Of a DNA stretch of 64,000 nucleotides, positions 38,838 through 48,359 are shown piece by piece. Each line of letters begins with the position of its first letter. Position 1 is the first letter of the stretch. A program made the position numbers and the translations under genes. Below the pieces are notes generated by a model. That model did not search any database. It was not told where the DNA came from and worked only from the letters and a program-made list of their open reading frames with translations. The stretch comes from Patescibacteria group bacterium (GTDB taxonomy: Bacteria > Patescibacteriota > Minisyncoccia > Minisyncoccales > JAQTPW01). Location: assembly GCA_043804755.1 (NCBI GenBank), contig JAZDIT010000044.1, positions 24 to 64,023 of the forward strand, read 5' to 3'.

Positions 38838-38888
38838 GAACCTTCGCTTCGCGAAGAACCTTGATTCCTCGCTAACGCTCAGAAATAA
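38835..38888 (+). repeat. TAAGAACC stop-codon-anchored repeat, locus 6 (mreB-gatC)
   Basis: TAAGAAC-CTTCGC-TTC-GCGAAG-AACCTTGATTCC-TCGCTAACGCTC-AGAAATAA. Confidence 0.92.
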
Positions 38889-38890
38889 CG

Positions 38891-39175
38891 ATGTTATCTA
38901 AAGAAGAAGTACAACATATCGCAAAACTTGCGAGATTAGGCATTACTTCCGAAGAAGAAGGAGAATTTGCGAAAGATCTTTCTTCGATTTTGGATTACAT
39001 TGAAAAACTTAAAAAAGTAGACGTTTCGAATATCCCGCCTGCCAGCCATGCCGTTTTGGTTGAGAATATGATGAGAGAAGATTCGGAGGGGGAAAAATCC
39101 GACGGCCAAAAACTATTGGGTTTGTCTCCGGAAACGAAAGACGGATTTTTAAAAGTAAAATCGATTTTCAAATGA
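38891..39175 (+). CDS. gatC: Asp/Glu-tRNA amidotransferase subunit C
   Basis: [23 protein letters not shown]; precedes gatA. Confidence 0.95.
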   Translation: MLSKEEVQHIAKLARLGITSEEEGEFAKDLSSILDYIEKLKKVDVSNIPPASHAVLVENMMREDSEGEKSDGQKLLGLSPETKDGFLKVKSIFK

Positions 39176-40596
39176 TGGATCCGACCTCACTCACAATCGA
39201 AGAAACTCATGAAGGACTGGAAAAAAAAGAATTTTCAGCCGTTGAATTGTGCAAATCCTACCTTAATTCGATAAAAGAAAAGGACAAGGAAATCCATGCC
39301 TTCCTTTCTTTAAACGAAGAGTCTGCTCTTTCTCAGGCGAAAGATATTGATAATCTAATTTCGGAAAAAAAATCAATTTCGGTTTTGTCCGGGATTCCTT
39401 CGGCGATAAAAGATGTCATCTTGGTCGAAGGATTAAAATGCACGGCAGGTTCCAAGATACTTGAAAATTATAAAGCTCCTTATGATGCAACTGTCATCAA
39501 AAAGTTAAAGGCACAGGGTGTAGTGATACTCGGCAAGACGAATATGGACGAGTTTGCCATGGGAAGTTCTACCGAAAATTCCGCTTTCGGACCGACCAAG
39601 AATCCTCACAATTTGGAAAGAGTTTCCGGCGGGTCTTCGGGCGGATCGGCGGCGGCAGTCGCGGCAAATATGTGCACATTCGCCCTCGGGTCTGATACAG
39701 GCGGATCTATACGGCAGCCCGCATCGTTTTGCGGAGTTGTAGGATTGAAACCGACCTACGGGGCGGTTTCCCGATATGGTTTGATGGCGATGGCTTCTTC
39801 ACTGGACCAAATAGGACCGTTTGCGAAAACGGTTGCAGATTGCAAAACCGTTTTTGACATAATAAAAGGAAAGGATACTTTCGATTCGACCAGCGTTGAC
39901 ATTAATCTAAAATCTGAAATTTTAAATCTTAAATCTTTAAAGATCGGCGTTCCCAAAGAATATTTTATAAAAGGAATGGATCCAGAAGTTGAACGGCTTG
40001 TGAGGGAAGCGATAAAAAAAATTGAAAACACGGGAGCAAAAATAGAAGAAATCAGTTTGCCGCATACGGAATATGCATTGGCAACCTATTATATAATTAT
40101 GCCGGCCGAAGTTTCCGCCAATTTGGCGAGATACGACGGGATAAAATACGGGTTATCCAAAAGCGGCGGCAAGGATCTGCTGGATGTTTACTTGCAGAGC
40201 AGGGAAGAAGGATTCGGCAAGGAAGCCAGAAGGAGGATAATGCTGGGAACCTACACTTTATCAGCCGGATATTACGATGCCTATTATCTGAGGGCTCAAA
40301 AGGTCAGGACATTGATAAAAAACGACTTCGAGGATGTTTTCAAAAAAGTTGATGCCATTTTTACGCCCGTATCTCCGACTACGGCATTCAAAATAGGCGA
40401 AAAAGTAGAAGATCCGTTAACGATGTATCTGTCCGATATTTTCACCGTTTCGGTGAATCTGGCGGGTTTACCTGCAATTTCCATACCTTGTGGTAAAATA
40501 AATAAATTGCCGGTCGGTTTGCAAATTATCGGCAAGCCCTTCGAGGAACAGAAAATTTTGGAAATCGGAGAAATTATCGAAAAACAATTGAAATAA
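39172..40596 (+). CDS. gatA: Asp/Glu-tRNA amidotransferase subunit A
   Basis: [36 protein letters not shown]. Confidence 0.98.
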   Translation: MMDPTSLTIEETHEGLEKKEFSAVELCKSYLNSIKEKDKEIHAFLSLNEESALSQAKDIDNLISEKKSISVLSGIPSAIKDVILVEGLKCTAGSKILENYKAPYDATVIKKLKAQGVVILGKTNMDEFAMGSSTENSAFGPTKNPHNLERVSGGSSGGSAAAVAANMCTFALGSDTGGSIRQPASFCGVVGLKPTYGAVSRYGLMAMASSLDQIGPFAKTVADCKTVFDIIKGKDTFDSTSVDINLKSEILNLKSLKIGVPKEYFIKGMDPEVERLVREAIKKIENTGAKIEEISLPHTEYALATYYIIMPAEVSANLARYDGIKYGLSKSGGKDLLDVYLQSREEGFGKEARRRIMLGTYTLSAGYYDAYYLRAQKVRTLIKNDFEDVFKKVDAIFTPVSPTTAFKIGEKVEDPLTMYLSDIFTVSVNLAGLPAISIPCGKINKLPVGLQIIGKPFEEQKILEIGEIIEKQLK

Positions 40597-40598
40597 AT

Positions 40599-41126
40599 AT
40601 GCCGACAGATATAAACGATATAATCCAATATTTGAGTCCGATTATTTCAACCATTTACAGATGGTTGCCCGTATTAAGGATTGTCTTTTTGGCGATCTCC
40701 GTATTTCTTTTTGGGTTTATAATTTTCGCTTTGCTTAATACAACCTGGCTGAATAAATTATATCTGTGGGATGCGAAGGAATTTCTTACCAAACAGCCCT
40801 ATACGGTCAAAAAACTTTTTAAACAATGGCAGAAAATAAAAGTCCGGTTGGAGACAGGTATGGAAACGGAATATAAGCTGGCCGTTATTGAAGCGGACTC
40901 TCTCACTGATGATATTTTAAAGAGGATGGGATTTTTTGGAGAAACGCTGGGAGAAAGATTGGAAAAGGTGACAACAGCTATTCTCCCCGATATTGCCGAA
41001 TTGGCGGAAGCGCATAAAATCCGCAATAATATAGTCCGTGACCCCGACTACAGGTTATCAGCGGACGAAACAAAGAAAGTAATCGGTTCGTACGAAAAAG
41101 CCTTGGTCGAATTGCAGGCGCTGTAA
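40599..41126 (+). CDS. Hypothetical membrane-anchored protein (HEPN-like C-terminal fold possible)
   Basis: N-terminal TM; AVIEAD...GETLGERL...AHKIRNNIVRD. Confidence 0.7.
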   Translation: MPTDINDIIQYLSPIISTIYRWLPVLRIVFLAISVFLFGFIIFALLNTTWLNKLYLWDAKEFLTKQPYTVKKLFKQWQKIKVRLETGMETEYKLAVIEADSLTDDILKRMGFFGETLGERLEKVTTAILPDIAELAEAHKIRNNIVRDPDYRLSADETKKVIGSYEKALVELQAL

Positions 41127-41177
41127 CGGATTATTGAAATCGGGAGGAAAACGTGTTAAACTGTAGGCACCGCGCAT

Positions 41178-41249
41178 CGCGGGGTAGAGAACGGGTTATC
41201 TCGCGACTCTCATAAGGTCGAGAAGTGGGTTCAAGTCCCACCCCCGCAA
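41178..41249 (+). tRNA. tRNA-Met(CAT), initiator type
   Basis: Cloverleaf; C1.A72 mismatch, A11:U24, anticodon CAT at 41211-41213; no encoded CCA. Confidence 0.85.
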
Positions 41250-41295
41250 CAATCTGACTTCTCCGCCTAATAGGCGCTAAAAAGCCTCAGACCAG

Positions 41296-41367
41296 GCCGG
41301 CATAGCTCAGTGGTAGAGCAATGGCATCATAAGCCAGTGGTCGAGGGTCCGAATCCCCCTGCCGGCA
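41296..41367 (+). tRNA. tRNA(CAT), elongator Met or Ile2
   Basis: GCCGGCA/TGCCGGC acceptor, GCTC/GAGC D-stem, anticodon loop ATCATAA. Confidence 0.85.
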
Positions 41368-41379
41368 TAAAGAAAACGA

Positions 41380-41455
41380 GGACTCATGGTGTAGCCTGGT
41401 CTAACACGCCTCCCTGTCACGGAGGAGATCGGGGGTTCAAATCCCCCTGGGTCCG
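41380..41455 (+). tRNA. tRNA-Asp(GTC)
   Basis: GGACTCA/TGGGTCC acceptor, CCTCC-CTGTCAC-GGAGG anticodon arm, G73. Confidence 0.95.
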
Positions 41456-41559
41456 CAACATAAAATATCCTTTTTGGATGTTTTTTGTTTTTGTTGGAAA
41501 ATTAATAAAAATAAAAACCCCGGTCTCGAACCGGGGCTTCACGCATTTATGATTGCGTG

Positions 41560-42867
41560 TTAGTTGATGTTAAGCTCCTCCTTCAGGAGGCGTTTCACTT
41601 CGGCAACGGGATCGGCCGCGCCGAAAATCTGTCGGCCCATCACGAGCTTGCTGGCGCCATTGTTTCTGGCATTGACCGGAGTATCTACCCTCCCTTGGTC
41701 GTTTGGATCAACACCAGGCGAACGGATTCCCGGAGTCGCGAGTTCCTTGTCGGGATAAAGGCGCTTGAGTTCTGACACCTCTTCCGCAGAACAGACGAAA
41801 CCATGGACGCCGGCGCGATTGGCAATCTCCGCCAGCTTCAGGACTTCTTCCATCGGGCGGCGTGTATAAATTTCCTCACAGGTGCCTTCCTTGAGCGAGG
41901 TCAGTACGGTAACTGCGAGAACCTTTGTCGGAGTGTCTTTGAGTAACTCGACCGCTGCCTTTGCCATCTCCTCCCCACCCGATGCATGGATGGTTGCGGC
42001 CCATGGTGGGTTGGGAAGCAAGTGTTTGATGATATTCTCCACAGTGTTCTTGATGTCATGGCATTTGAGGTCTGCCATGACCCGGCCGTACACCTGCAGG
42101 TTCGGGATGAGGTCCTTGATCCCCTCGTTTAGGAGGAGGTCGTTAGCCTTCAGGATACATCCTGAAGTTCTCAACTGGTCGATCACCGGCAGGATTTCCT
42201 CCCAGCTCTTTCCGTCCAGAGCGACTATGAGGGGATTTTTCTGTTCCACCTCGGCATCGCACCGCAACATGAGCCCGCTCGTAATGAGATATTTGCGGAT
42301 GTCATGAAGAGTTAAACCGGGCCAGATGCCTACCTTGATGCCCATTTCCTGGAACTTCTTTTTCCATCCCTGTTGCCGGTCAACCAGCACGATGTGGGGC
42401 AGAACTTGGAGTCCCATGGAAACGCACTTTAGGTATGGCGCTAGTTTGGAGGCGCCGTCGGTTATGACGTCATCGATTATGCACACGCTTTCATCGAATC
42501 TTGCCTCGCCGATGACGTCTGCTTTGGCCACCCTTCCTTCTTTCGGTTTCTCCCGAAGGGTAACGTAGGGGATGCCCGTTTTGACGGATATGAGGCCAGC
42601 AAAACAGCTGACCGCATCGGGCACTTCCGCGAACCGGTCGGGGCCGAGGCGCCGCAGTGCGTTGGCATATGTCTCCGCTAAGAAATCTAGCGCCTTTGGG
42701 TAGTTTCTGGCGTCTCTCAGATTAATATAAATATCTGTCTTCCCGCCACTCTTAAGCGGCAGGCTCCGGGCGTTGTCGGACTTGATCAAACCGTAATGGA
42801 GGAGCTCCTCTATTACAGAGATCTGTTCCCATTTAGTCAGCCAGGGTTGTCCAGAAATGTCCATCAT
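41560..42867 (-). CDS. Bifunctional orotate phosphoribosyltransferase / OMP decarboxylase (PyrE-PyrF fusion)
   Basis: N-half LKSG..DIYINLR, IIDDVITDGASK; C-half IVALD, DLKCHDIKNTV, VTVLTS, TPGIR, VMGR. Confidence 0.9.
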   Translation of the reverse strand: MMDISGQPWLTKWEQISVIEELLHYGLIKSDNARSLPLKSGGKTDIYINLRDARNYPKALDFLAETYANALRRLGPDRFAEVPDAVSCFAGLISVKTGIPYVTLREKPKEGRVAKADVIGEARFDESVCIIDDVITDGASKLAPYLKCVSMGLQVLPHIVLVDRQQGWKKKFQEMGIKVGIWPGLTLHDIRKYLITSGLMLRCDAEVEQKNPLIVALDGKSWEEILPVIDQLRTSGCILKANDLLLNEGIKDLIPNLQVYGRVMADLKCHDIKNTVENIIKHLLPNPPWAATIHASGGEEMAKAAVELLKDTPTKVLAVTVLTSLKEGTCEEIYTRRPMEEVLKLAEIANRAGVHGFVCSAEEVSELKRLYPDKELATPGIRSPGVDPNDQGRVDTPVNARNNGASKLVMGRQIFGAADPVAEVKRLLKEELNIN

Positions 42868-43066
42868 CTTTCTCCCTCCCTTTTTAGATTTTGAGCCAAT
42901 AAAATCTTATAAATTTACCTCCTTTTATTTATTGAATTTTCGGCTTGCTGACCCCAATATGCCACAAAATTTAAAAAAAATCAAGAGGCACTTTTGGCTG
43001 GCTATTAGAGTTTTCCACATATTTTGGGGTTGATTTCAGCTTAAAATTAAGGTAAAATGATAGAAT

Positions 43067-44104
43067 ATGGCGGTCAAATTTAATCTGAAAATACTGAAAA
43101 ATCAGATCAAAAAAGGGATAGATAGCGCAAAAGACGAGAAAGAACTGAATGATATTCTAAAGGAATATATGGGTAAAAAAGGGCATCTGACCCTTATTTT
43201 GCGTTCTTTAGAGAGATTGCCTAAAGCAAAAAGAGCAAAAATAGGCAAAGAAGCAAATGAACTGAAAAATTATTTTCGGGTTCAGTTTGAAGAAAAAGCC
43301 GGGAAAGTCAAAGAAAAAATGCATAATGAAGCGGATGCGAAAGAGTGGATTGATATAACCGTGCCAGGGAAGAAACCGGCTCTCGGCCATTTAAATCCTT
43401 TGACGTTGGCAAAAATGGAAGTGGAGGAAATTTTCCAGTCAATGGGGTTTTCTGTTGTACAAGGTCCCGACATCGAAACCGAATGGTATAATTTCGATGC
43501 TTTGAATATTCCCAAAGATCATCCCGCAAGAGACCAATGGGACACTTTTTGGCTGAAAACCGATAATAACCCGCAACTGCTGCTTAGAACGCACACAAGC
43601 CCCGTCCAGGCGCGCTACATGGAAAAAAACAATCCGCCCTTGAGGATAATCGTTCCGGGAGACGTTTTCAGGCATGAAGCCACCGACGCCTCGCACGAAT
43701 TCCAGCTTTATCAGGTGGAAGGATTGATGGTGGATAAGGGAATTTCCGCCGCAAATTTCAAGGCGATTGTGGAAGAATTCTTTAAAAGATTTTTCAAAAA
43801 AGAGACAAAAATAAGATTAAGGCCTGATTTTTTCCCTTTTACGGAACCTTCCTTTGACGTCAGCATAAGTTGCCTGGTTTGCGGAGGAAAGGGTTGCCCA
43901 GTTTGCAAACAAACCGGTTGGGTGGAAGTTGCCGGCGCCGGAATGGTTCACCCGAACGTTTTCAAAAATTCAGGGCTGAATCCCAAAGAATGGCAGGGAT
44001 GGGCATTCGGTTTCGGTTTGGAAAGATTGACTATGATGAAATATAAAATAGATGATATCAGATTGTTCCGTTCCGGAGATTTAAGATTTTTAAATCAATT
44101 CTGA
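43067..44104 (+). CDS. pheS: Phenylalanine--tRNA ligase alpha subunit
   Basis: HPARD, LRTHTS, FPFTEPS, GFGLER. Confidence 0.99.
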   Translation: MAVKFNLKILKNQIKKGIDSAKDEKELNDILKEYMGKKGHLTLILRSLERLPKAKRAKIGKEANELKNYFRVQFEEKAGKVKEKMHNEADAKEWIDITVPGKKPALGHLNPLTLAKMEVEEIFQSMGFSVVQGPDIETEWYNFDALNIPKDHPARDQWDTFWLKTDNNPQLLLRTHTSPVQARYMEKNNPPLRIIVPGDVFRHEATDASHEFQLYQVEGLMVDKGISAANFKAIVEEFFKRFFKKETKIRLRPDFFPFTEPSFDVSISCLVCGGKGCPVCKQTGWVEVAGAGMVHPNVFKNSGLNPKEWQGWAFGFGLERLTMMKYKIDDIRLFRSGDLRFLNQF

Positions 44105-46140
44105 TGAAATTTTCATATAACTGGTTACAATCTTTTTTCACAAAAAAATTGCCTATACCCGAAGAACTGGCAAAAGTTTTAACGTTACATTTCGCGGAAG
44201 TTGAAGATGTAAAAAAAGAAGGAAACGATTCCGTCCTGGATATCGATGTCAGGCCTAACAGGGCCGGCGATTGCTTATCTCATATTGGCATTGCGCGGGA
44301 AATATCAGCGATATTGAATTACAAATTAAAAATTCCGGATTCCAAATTTATTGAAGATAAAAAGCTTAAAGCAAGAGATTTTGTAAGCGTAAGATTTGAA
44401 GGTAAGGGTCCCTGTGCAAGATATACGGCAAGGGTCGTCAGCGGATTGGAAGTGGGTCCTTCGCCGGAATGGATTCAGGAAAGGCTGCGAGTCTGCGGTT
44501 TGAGGCCGATTAACAACGTCGTTGATATAGCAAACTACGTTATGCTTGAAACGGGTCAACCTCTGCATGCCTTTGATAATGAGAAAATAGAGGGCAGGGG
44601 AATAGTGGTGAGATTCGCAAAAAACGGGGAAAGAATCGTAACTCTGGACGAAAACAAATATGATCTGGATGATGAAATATTAGTGATTGCCGACAGTAAA
44701 AAACCGATGGCGATAGCGGGTATTAAAGGCGGAAAAATTCCCGAAGTGGATAAAAATACGAAAACGATAGTCATAGAGTCGGCAAATTTCAATTCTCAGG
44801 TTATCAGAAGGGCTTCAGGGAAAATAAATTTAAAAACGGATGCTTCTTTGAGATTTGAGCATGGGATAGACCCGAACATGGCGGAATCTGCGATAAACAG
44901 GGCGGCATATCTGATTAAAAAAATTGCCGGCGGGAGAGTAACAGGAGGATTAATCGATATTTACCCGAAAAAAATTTTCCCGAAGTTTATAAAACTGGAT
45001 TTGGCATATGCAAAAAGTCTTTTAGGAGTGGAAATTCCCACGGAAAAGATAAAAACTATTCTCGAAAATCTTGATTTCGAAATCAGAAACAGAAAATTAA
45101 AGAATCCGAAATTTTTGGACATCAAAGTCCCGACCCGCAGGATTGACGTTTCAATACCGGAAGACCTGATCGAAGAAATCGGAAGAATTTACGGTTATGG
45201 AAAAATTACCGCCGTTTTCCCCAGAACCTCTCTTATCCCTCCGAAAAGGAACTTGGATATTTTCTGGGAGGATGCAGTGAAGAATATTCTGAAAGAAATC
45301 GGTTTCACGGAGGTTTACAATTATTGTTTCATATCGGATGCGGATAAAGACATATTCGGTAACGGGAAACTGATTGAAATTGAAAATCCTTTGAGTGTCG
45401 ACCAAAAATATCTGAGGCCGAGCTTGGTACCGAATTTATTGAAAGCCGTCCAAAAAAACGAAAAGAATTCGGGGAAAATTAAAATTTTCGAACTCGGGAA
45501 AACTTTTAAAAAAGAAGGAAGCGATTTTAAAGAGAAAAGAATGCTTACCCTTGCGGTTTTGGGAGAAGAATTTTACGGGTTAAAAGGCGTTGCTGATGCA
45601 TTGTTGGAGAAGCTTGGCATAGGAAATGTCTGGTATGATTCGTTCAAGCCGACTCCCGAGGAAACCAAATTATCGATGTGGCATTCAAAAAAGTGCGCGG
45701 AAGTCAAAATCGACGATAAGGAAATCGGCTTTCTTGGAGAAATTTCCCCAAGAGTTCTCGGAGATCTGAAAATTTCCAGAACAACCGTGCTGGATATTGA
45801 TTTCGATTTATTGTGCAAACATTGTTCGGAAGAGCATGAATACCGGCCGATTTCCAAATTTCCGGCCGCAGTGCGCGATATTTCAATCCTGGTTCCAAAA
45901 GACGTATTGGTTGAGGAAGTTTTAAATAAAATCGAAAAAGCCGGAGGAAACACCATACGCGACATAGATCTTTTCGATATTTATGAAGGTAATGAACTCC
46001 CCGGGCAGAAGAAAAATCTGGCTTTCCATATAATCTATCAGGCAGAAGACAGAACGCTGTCTTCGGTCGAAATAGACGAGATACAAAATAAAATAATAAA
46101 AGCTTTGGAAAAGATGTCGGAATGGCAGGTAAGAAAATAA
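44104..46140 (+). CDS. pheT: Phenylalanine--tRNA ligase beta subunit (short form)
   Basis: MKFSYNWL, PNRAGDCLS, RPINNVVD, DLIEEIGRIYGY, FDX-ACB C-terminus. Confidence 0.97.
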   Translation: MKFSYNWLQSFFTKKLPIPEELAKVLTLHFAEVEDVKKEGNDSVLDIDVRPNRAGDCLSHIGIAREISAILNYKLKIPDSKFIEDKKLKARDFVSVRFEGKGPCARYTARVVSGLEVGPSPEWIQERLRVCGLRPINNVVDIANYVMLETGQPLHAFDNEKIEGRGIVVRFAKNGERIVTLDENKYDLDDEILVIADSKKPMAIAGIKGGKIPEVDKNTKTIVIESANFNSQVIRRASGKINLKTDASLRFEHGIDPNMAESAINRAAYLIKKIAGGRVTGGLIDIYPKKIFPKFIKLDLAYAKSLLGVEIPTEKIKTILENLDFEIRNRKLKNPKFLDIKVPTRRIDVSIPEDLIEEIGRIYGYGKITAVFPRTSLIPPKRNLDIFWEDAVKNILKEIGFTEVYNYCFISDADKDIFGNGKLIEIENPLSVDQKYLRPSLVPNLLKAVQKNEKNSGKIKIFELGKTFKKEGSDFKEKRMLTLAVLGEEFYGLKGVADALLEKLGIGNVWYDSFKPTPEETKLSMWHSKKCAEVKIDDKEIGFLGEISPRVLGDLKISRTTVLDIDFDLLCKHCSEEHEYRPISKFPAAVRDISILVPKDVLVEEVLNKIEKAGGNTIRDIDLFDIYEGNELPGQKKNLAFHIIYQAEDRTLSSVEIDEIQNKIIKALEKMSEWQVRK

Positions 46141-46161
46141 GAAATCATATTATTATTCAAC

Positions 46162-48084
46162 ATGACAAAAGAAAACAAACCAGAATCAAACTATACGGCA
46201 AAAGATATTTATGTTTTGGAAGGGCTTGATCCGGTCAGGAAACGGCCGGCAATGTATATAGGTTCTACGGGACCGGACGGTCTTCATCATTTGGTTTGGG
46301 AAGTGGTTGATAATTCGCTTGATGAAGCGATGGCCGGCTTCGCAAAAAACATTGAAGTTGCTTTGCTTGTGCATGACAGAGTGAGAACAAGCGATGACGG
46401 AAGGGGAATTCCCGTTGATATACATAAGCAAACGAAAAAATCCGCCCTGGAAACAGTTATTACCACTTTGCATGCGGGTGGAAAATTCGGCGGAGAGGCC
46501 TATAAAGTTTCAGGAGGTTTGCACGGAGTCGGAATTTCGGTGGTCTGTGCACTATCTACATGGATGAGGGCGGAAGTTTGCCGGGACGGATTTCTGCACG
46601 CGCAGGAATATTCAAAAGGAAAAGTGAAAACACCCGTCAGAAAAGAAGGAAAATGCAAAAAAACCGGAACGACAATAATCTTTGAACCCGATGTGGAAAT
46701 TTTCAAAGAAATAAAGTTTGAATCGAAAAGAATAATCAACCATCTGAGGCAACAGGCCTATCTTACGAAAGGAGTCAGGATCAACATTATCGACAGCAGA
46801 GAAAAACCGGAAAAAACATACACATTTTATTTTGAAGGAGGTCTCGCTTCATATGTGAAGTATCTTATAAAAGGAAGCGTTCCAAGGCATCCGAATCTGT
46901 TTTACGTTTCTGGAGAATACGGCGGAATTTTGGTTGAAGCCGGTTTCCAATATACCGAAGAATTCGAAACCTATGAAGAAAGTTTCGCAAATAACATCTG
47001 GACGCAAGAAGGAGGCACTCACCTTACCGGTTTCAGGACTGCGATAACAAGAACATTCAACGATTATGCAAGGAAAAACAGTCTTCTCAAAGAAGATGAA
47101 GAGAATTTAAGCGGAGAAGATATAAGGGAAGGACTGACCGGAGTCGTTTCGGTGAAAATACAGGAACCTCAATTCGAGGGCCAGACAAAAGCAAAACTCG
47201 GCAATGCCGAGGCAAAAGTATCAGTAGAAAACGTGGTCTCCGATGCTTTGGCGGATTTTCTCGAGAGAAACCCGCAGGATGCGAGAGCTATCATCGAAAA
47301 ATGCATTTTGTCACAAAAGGCGAGGAAAGCTGCAAAAGTTGCAAAGGAAACGGTTTTAAGAAAGGGAATTCTCGATGGGTTGGCTTTACCCGGAAAATTG
47401 GCGGATTGCACCTCGCGAAAACCAGAAGAATGTGAATTATTTATAGTAGAAGGTGAATCGGCTGGTGGTTCAAGCCGCCAGGCGAGAGACAGACATTTTC
47501 AGGCCATTTTGCCCTTAAGAGGGAAAATACTGAATGTGGAAAGAGCGCGCCTCGATAAAATTTTGGAATCAAAAGAAATTAAATCTTTGATCATAGCTTT
47601 GGGCATGGCTATTGCGGATGATTTTGATATTGAAAAAGCCAGATACCATAAAATAGTTATAATGTGTGATGCCGATTCGGATGGAAACCACATAAGGACT
47701 TTGCTTTTGACCTTCTTTTACCGGCACTTCAGGCCTATAATCGAGAGGGGATATTTGTATATCGCCCAGCCGCCTCTTTACAGAATCCAGTCGGGAAAAG
47801 ACATAAAATACGCATATTCAGAGGAACAGAAGAATGAAGTGGTAAAATCCCTTAAAAAAGCAATCGGTATAAATATCCAAAGATATAAGGGTTTGGGAGA
47901 AATGAACGCTGAACAACTCTGGGAGACGACAATGGATCCAAAAAACAGGGTTTTGTTGCAGGTTGCCATTGATAATACAAAAGAGGCCGACAGAACCTTC
48001 GATATTTTGATGGGCGACGAGGTTTTACCGAGAAAAAAATTCATCCAGACGTACGCAAAGAAAGTGAGAAATCTGGACATATAA
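46162..48084 (+). CDS. gyrB: DNA gyrase subunit B
   Basis: VRKRPAMYIGST, SGGLHGVG, VEGESAGG, PLRGK, QRYKGLGEM. Confidence 0.97.
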   Translation: MTKENKPESNYTAKDIYVLEGLDPVRKRPAMYIGSTGPDGLHHLVWEVVDNSLDEAMAGFAKNIEVALLVHDRVRTSDDGRGIPVDIHKQTKKSALETVITTLHAGGKFGGEAYKVSGGLHGVGISVVCALSTWMRAEVCRDGFLHAQEYSKGKVKTPVRKEGKCKKTGTTIIFEPDVEIFKEIKFESKRIINHLRQQAYLTKGVRINIIDSREKPEKTYTFYFEGGLASYVKYLIKGSVPRHPNLFYVSGEYGGILVEAGFQYTEEFETYEESFANNIWTQEGGTHLTGFRTAITRTFNDYARKNSLLKEDEENLSGEDIREGLTGVVSVKIQEPQFEGQTKAKLGNAEAKVSVENVVSDALADFLERNPQDARAIIEKCILSQKARKAAKVAKETVLRKGILDGLALPGKLADCTSRKPEECELFIVEGESAGGSSRQARDRHFQAILPLRGKILNVERARLDKILESKEIKSLIIALGMAIADDFDIEKARYHKIVIMCDADSDGNHIRTLLLTFFYRHFRPIIERGYLYIAQPPLYRIQSGKDIKYAYSEEQKNEVVKSLKKAIGINIQRYKGLGEMNAEQLWETTMDPKNRVLLQVAIDNTKEADRTFDILMGDEVLPRKKFIQTYAKKVRNLDI

Positions 48085-48089
48085 GAGAT

Positions 48090-48118
48090 TTGACATTTTT
48101 ACCGTCTTCGGTTACCAT
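48090..48118 (+). promoter_or_regulatory. sigma70-type promoter for secE-nusG-rplK
   Basis: TTGACA-17 nt-TACCAT. Confidence 0.65.
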
Positions 48119-48165
48119 AAAAGTGTGGCCGAAAGGCCGTTTTTTAAAACGCAAAATTTATTACC

Positions 48166-48357
48166 ATGGGAATTTTTACAAAAATTACAACATTTTTTAA
48201 GGAGGTCGCAATAGAAATGAAAAAGGTTAACTGGCCCACCCGCCAGGAAACGATAAAATACACCTTGATAGTTCTGGGTATTTCGGTAGGAGTGGCCATT
48301 TATCTCGGTGGCCTCGATTTTCTGTTTACTACGATATTAAACAGGTTTGTATTTTAA
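48166..48357 (+). CDS. secE: Preprotein translocase subunit SecE
   Basis: EMKKVNWPT + TM; precedes nusG. Confidence 0.96.
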   Translation: MGIFTKITTFFKEVAIEMKKVNWPTRQETIKYTLIVLGISVGVAIYLGGLDFLFTTILNRFVF

Positions 48358-48359
48358 CC

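Noticed and set aside
8041-38888. Repeats as ordinary intrinsic terminators
   Set aside because: The hairpins lack a following U-tract on the sense strand and sit inside co-transcribed operons.
8041-38891. Programmed frameshift/readthrough fusing r-proteins across the repeat
   Set aside because: Open in +1 frame at 8041 and 11080 and in frame 0 at 10666, but in-frame stops block it at 9701, 27415 and 38835; the frame offsets are inconsistent.
41310-41552. 80-aa ORF
   Set aside because: Overlaps two tRNA genes.
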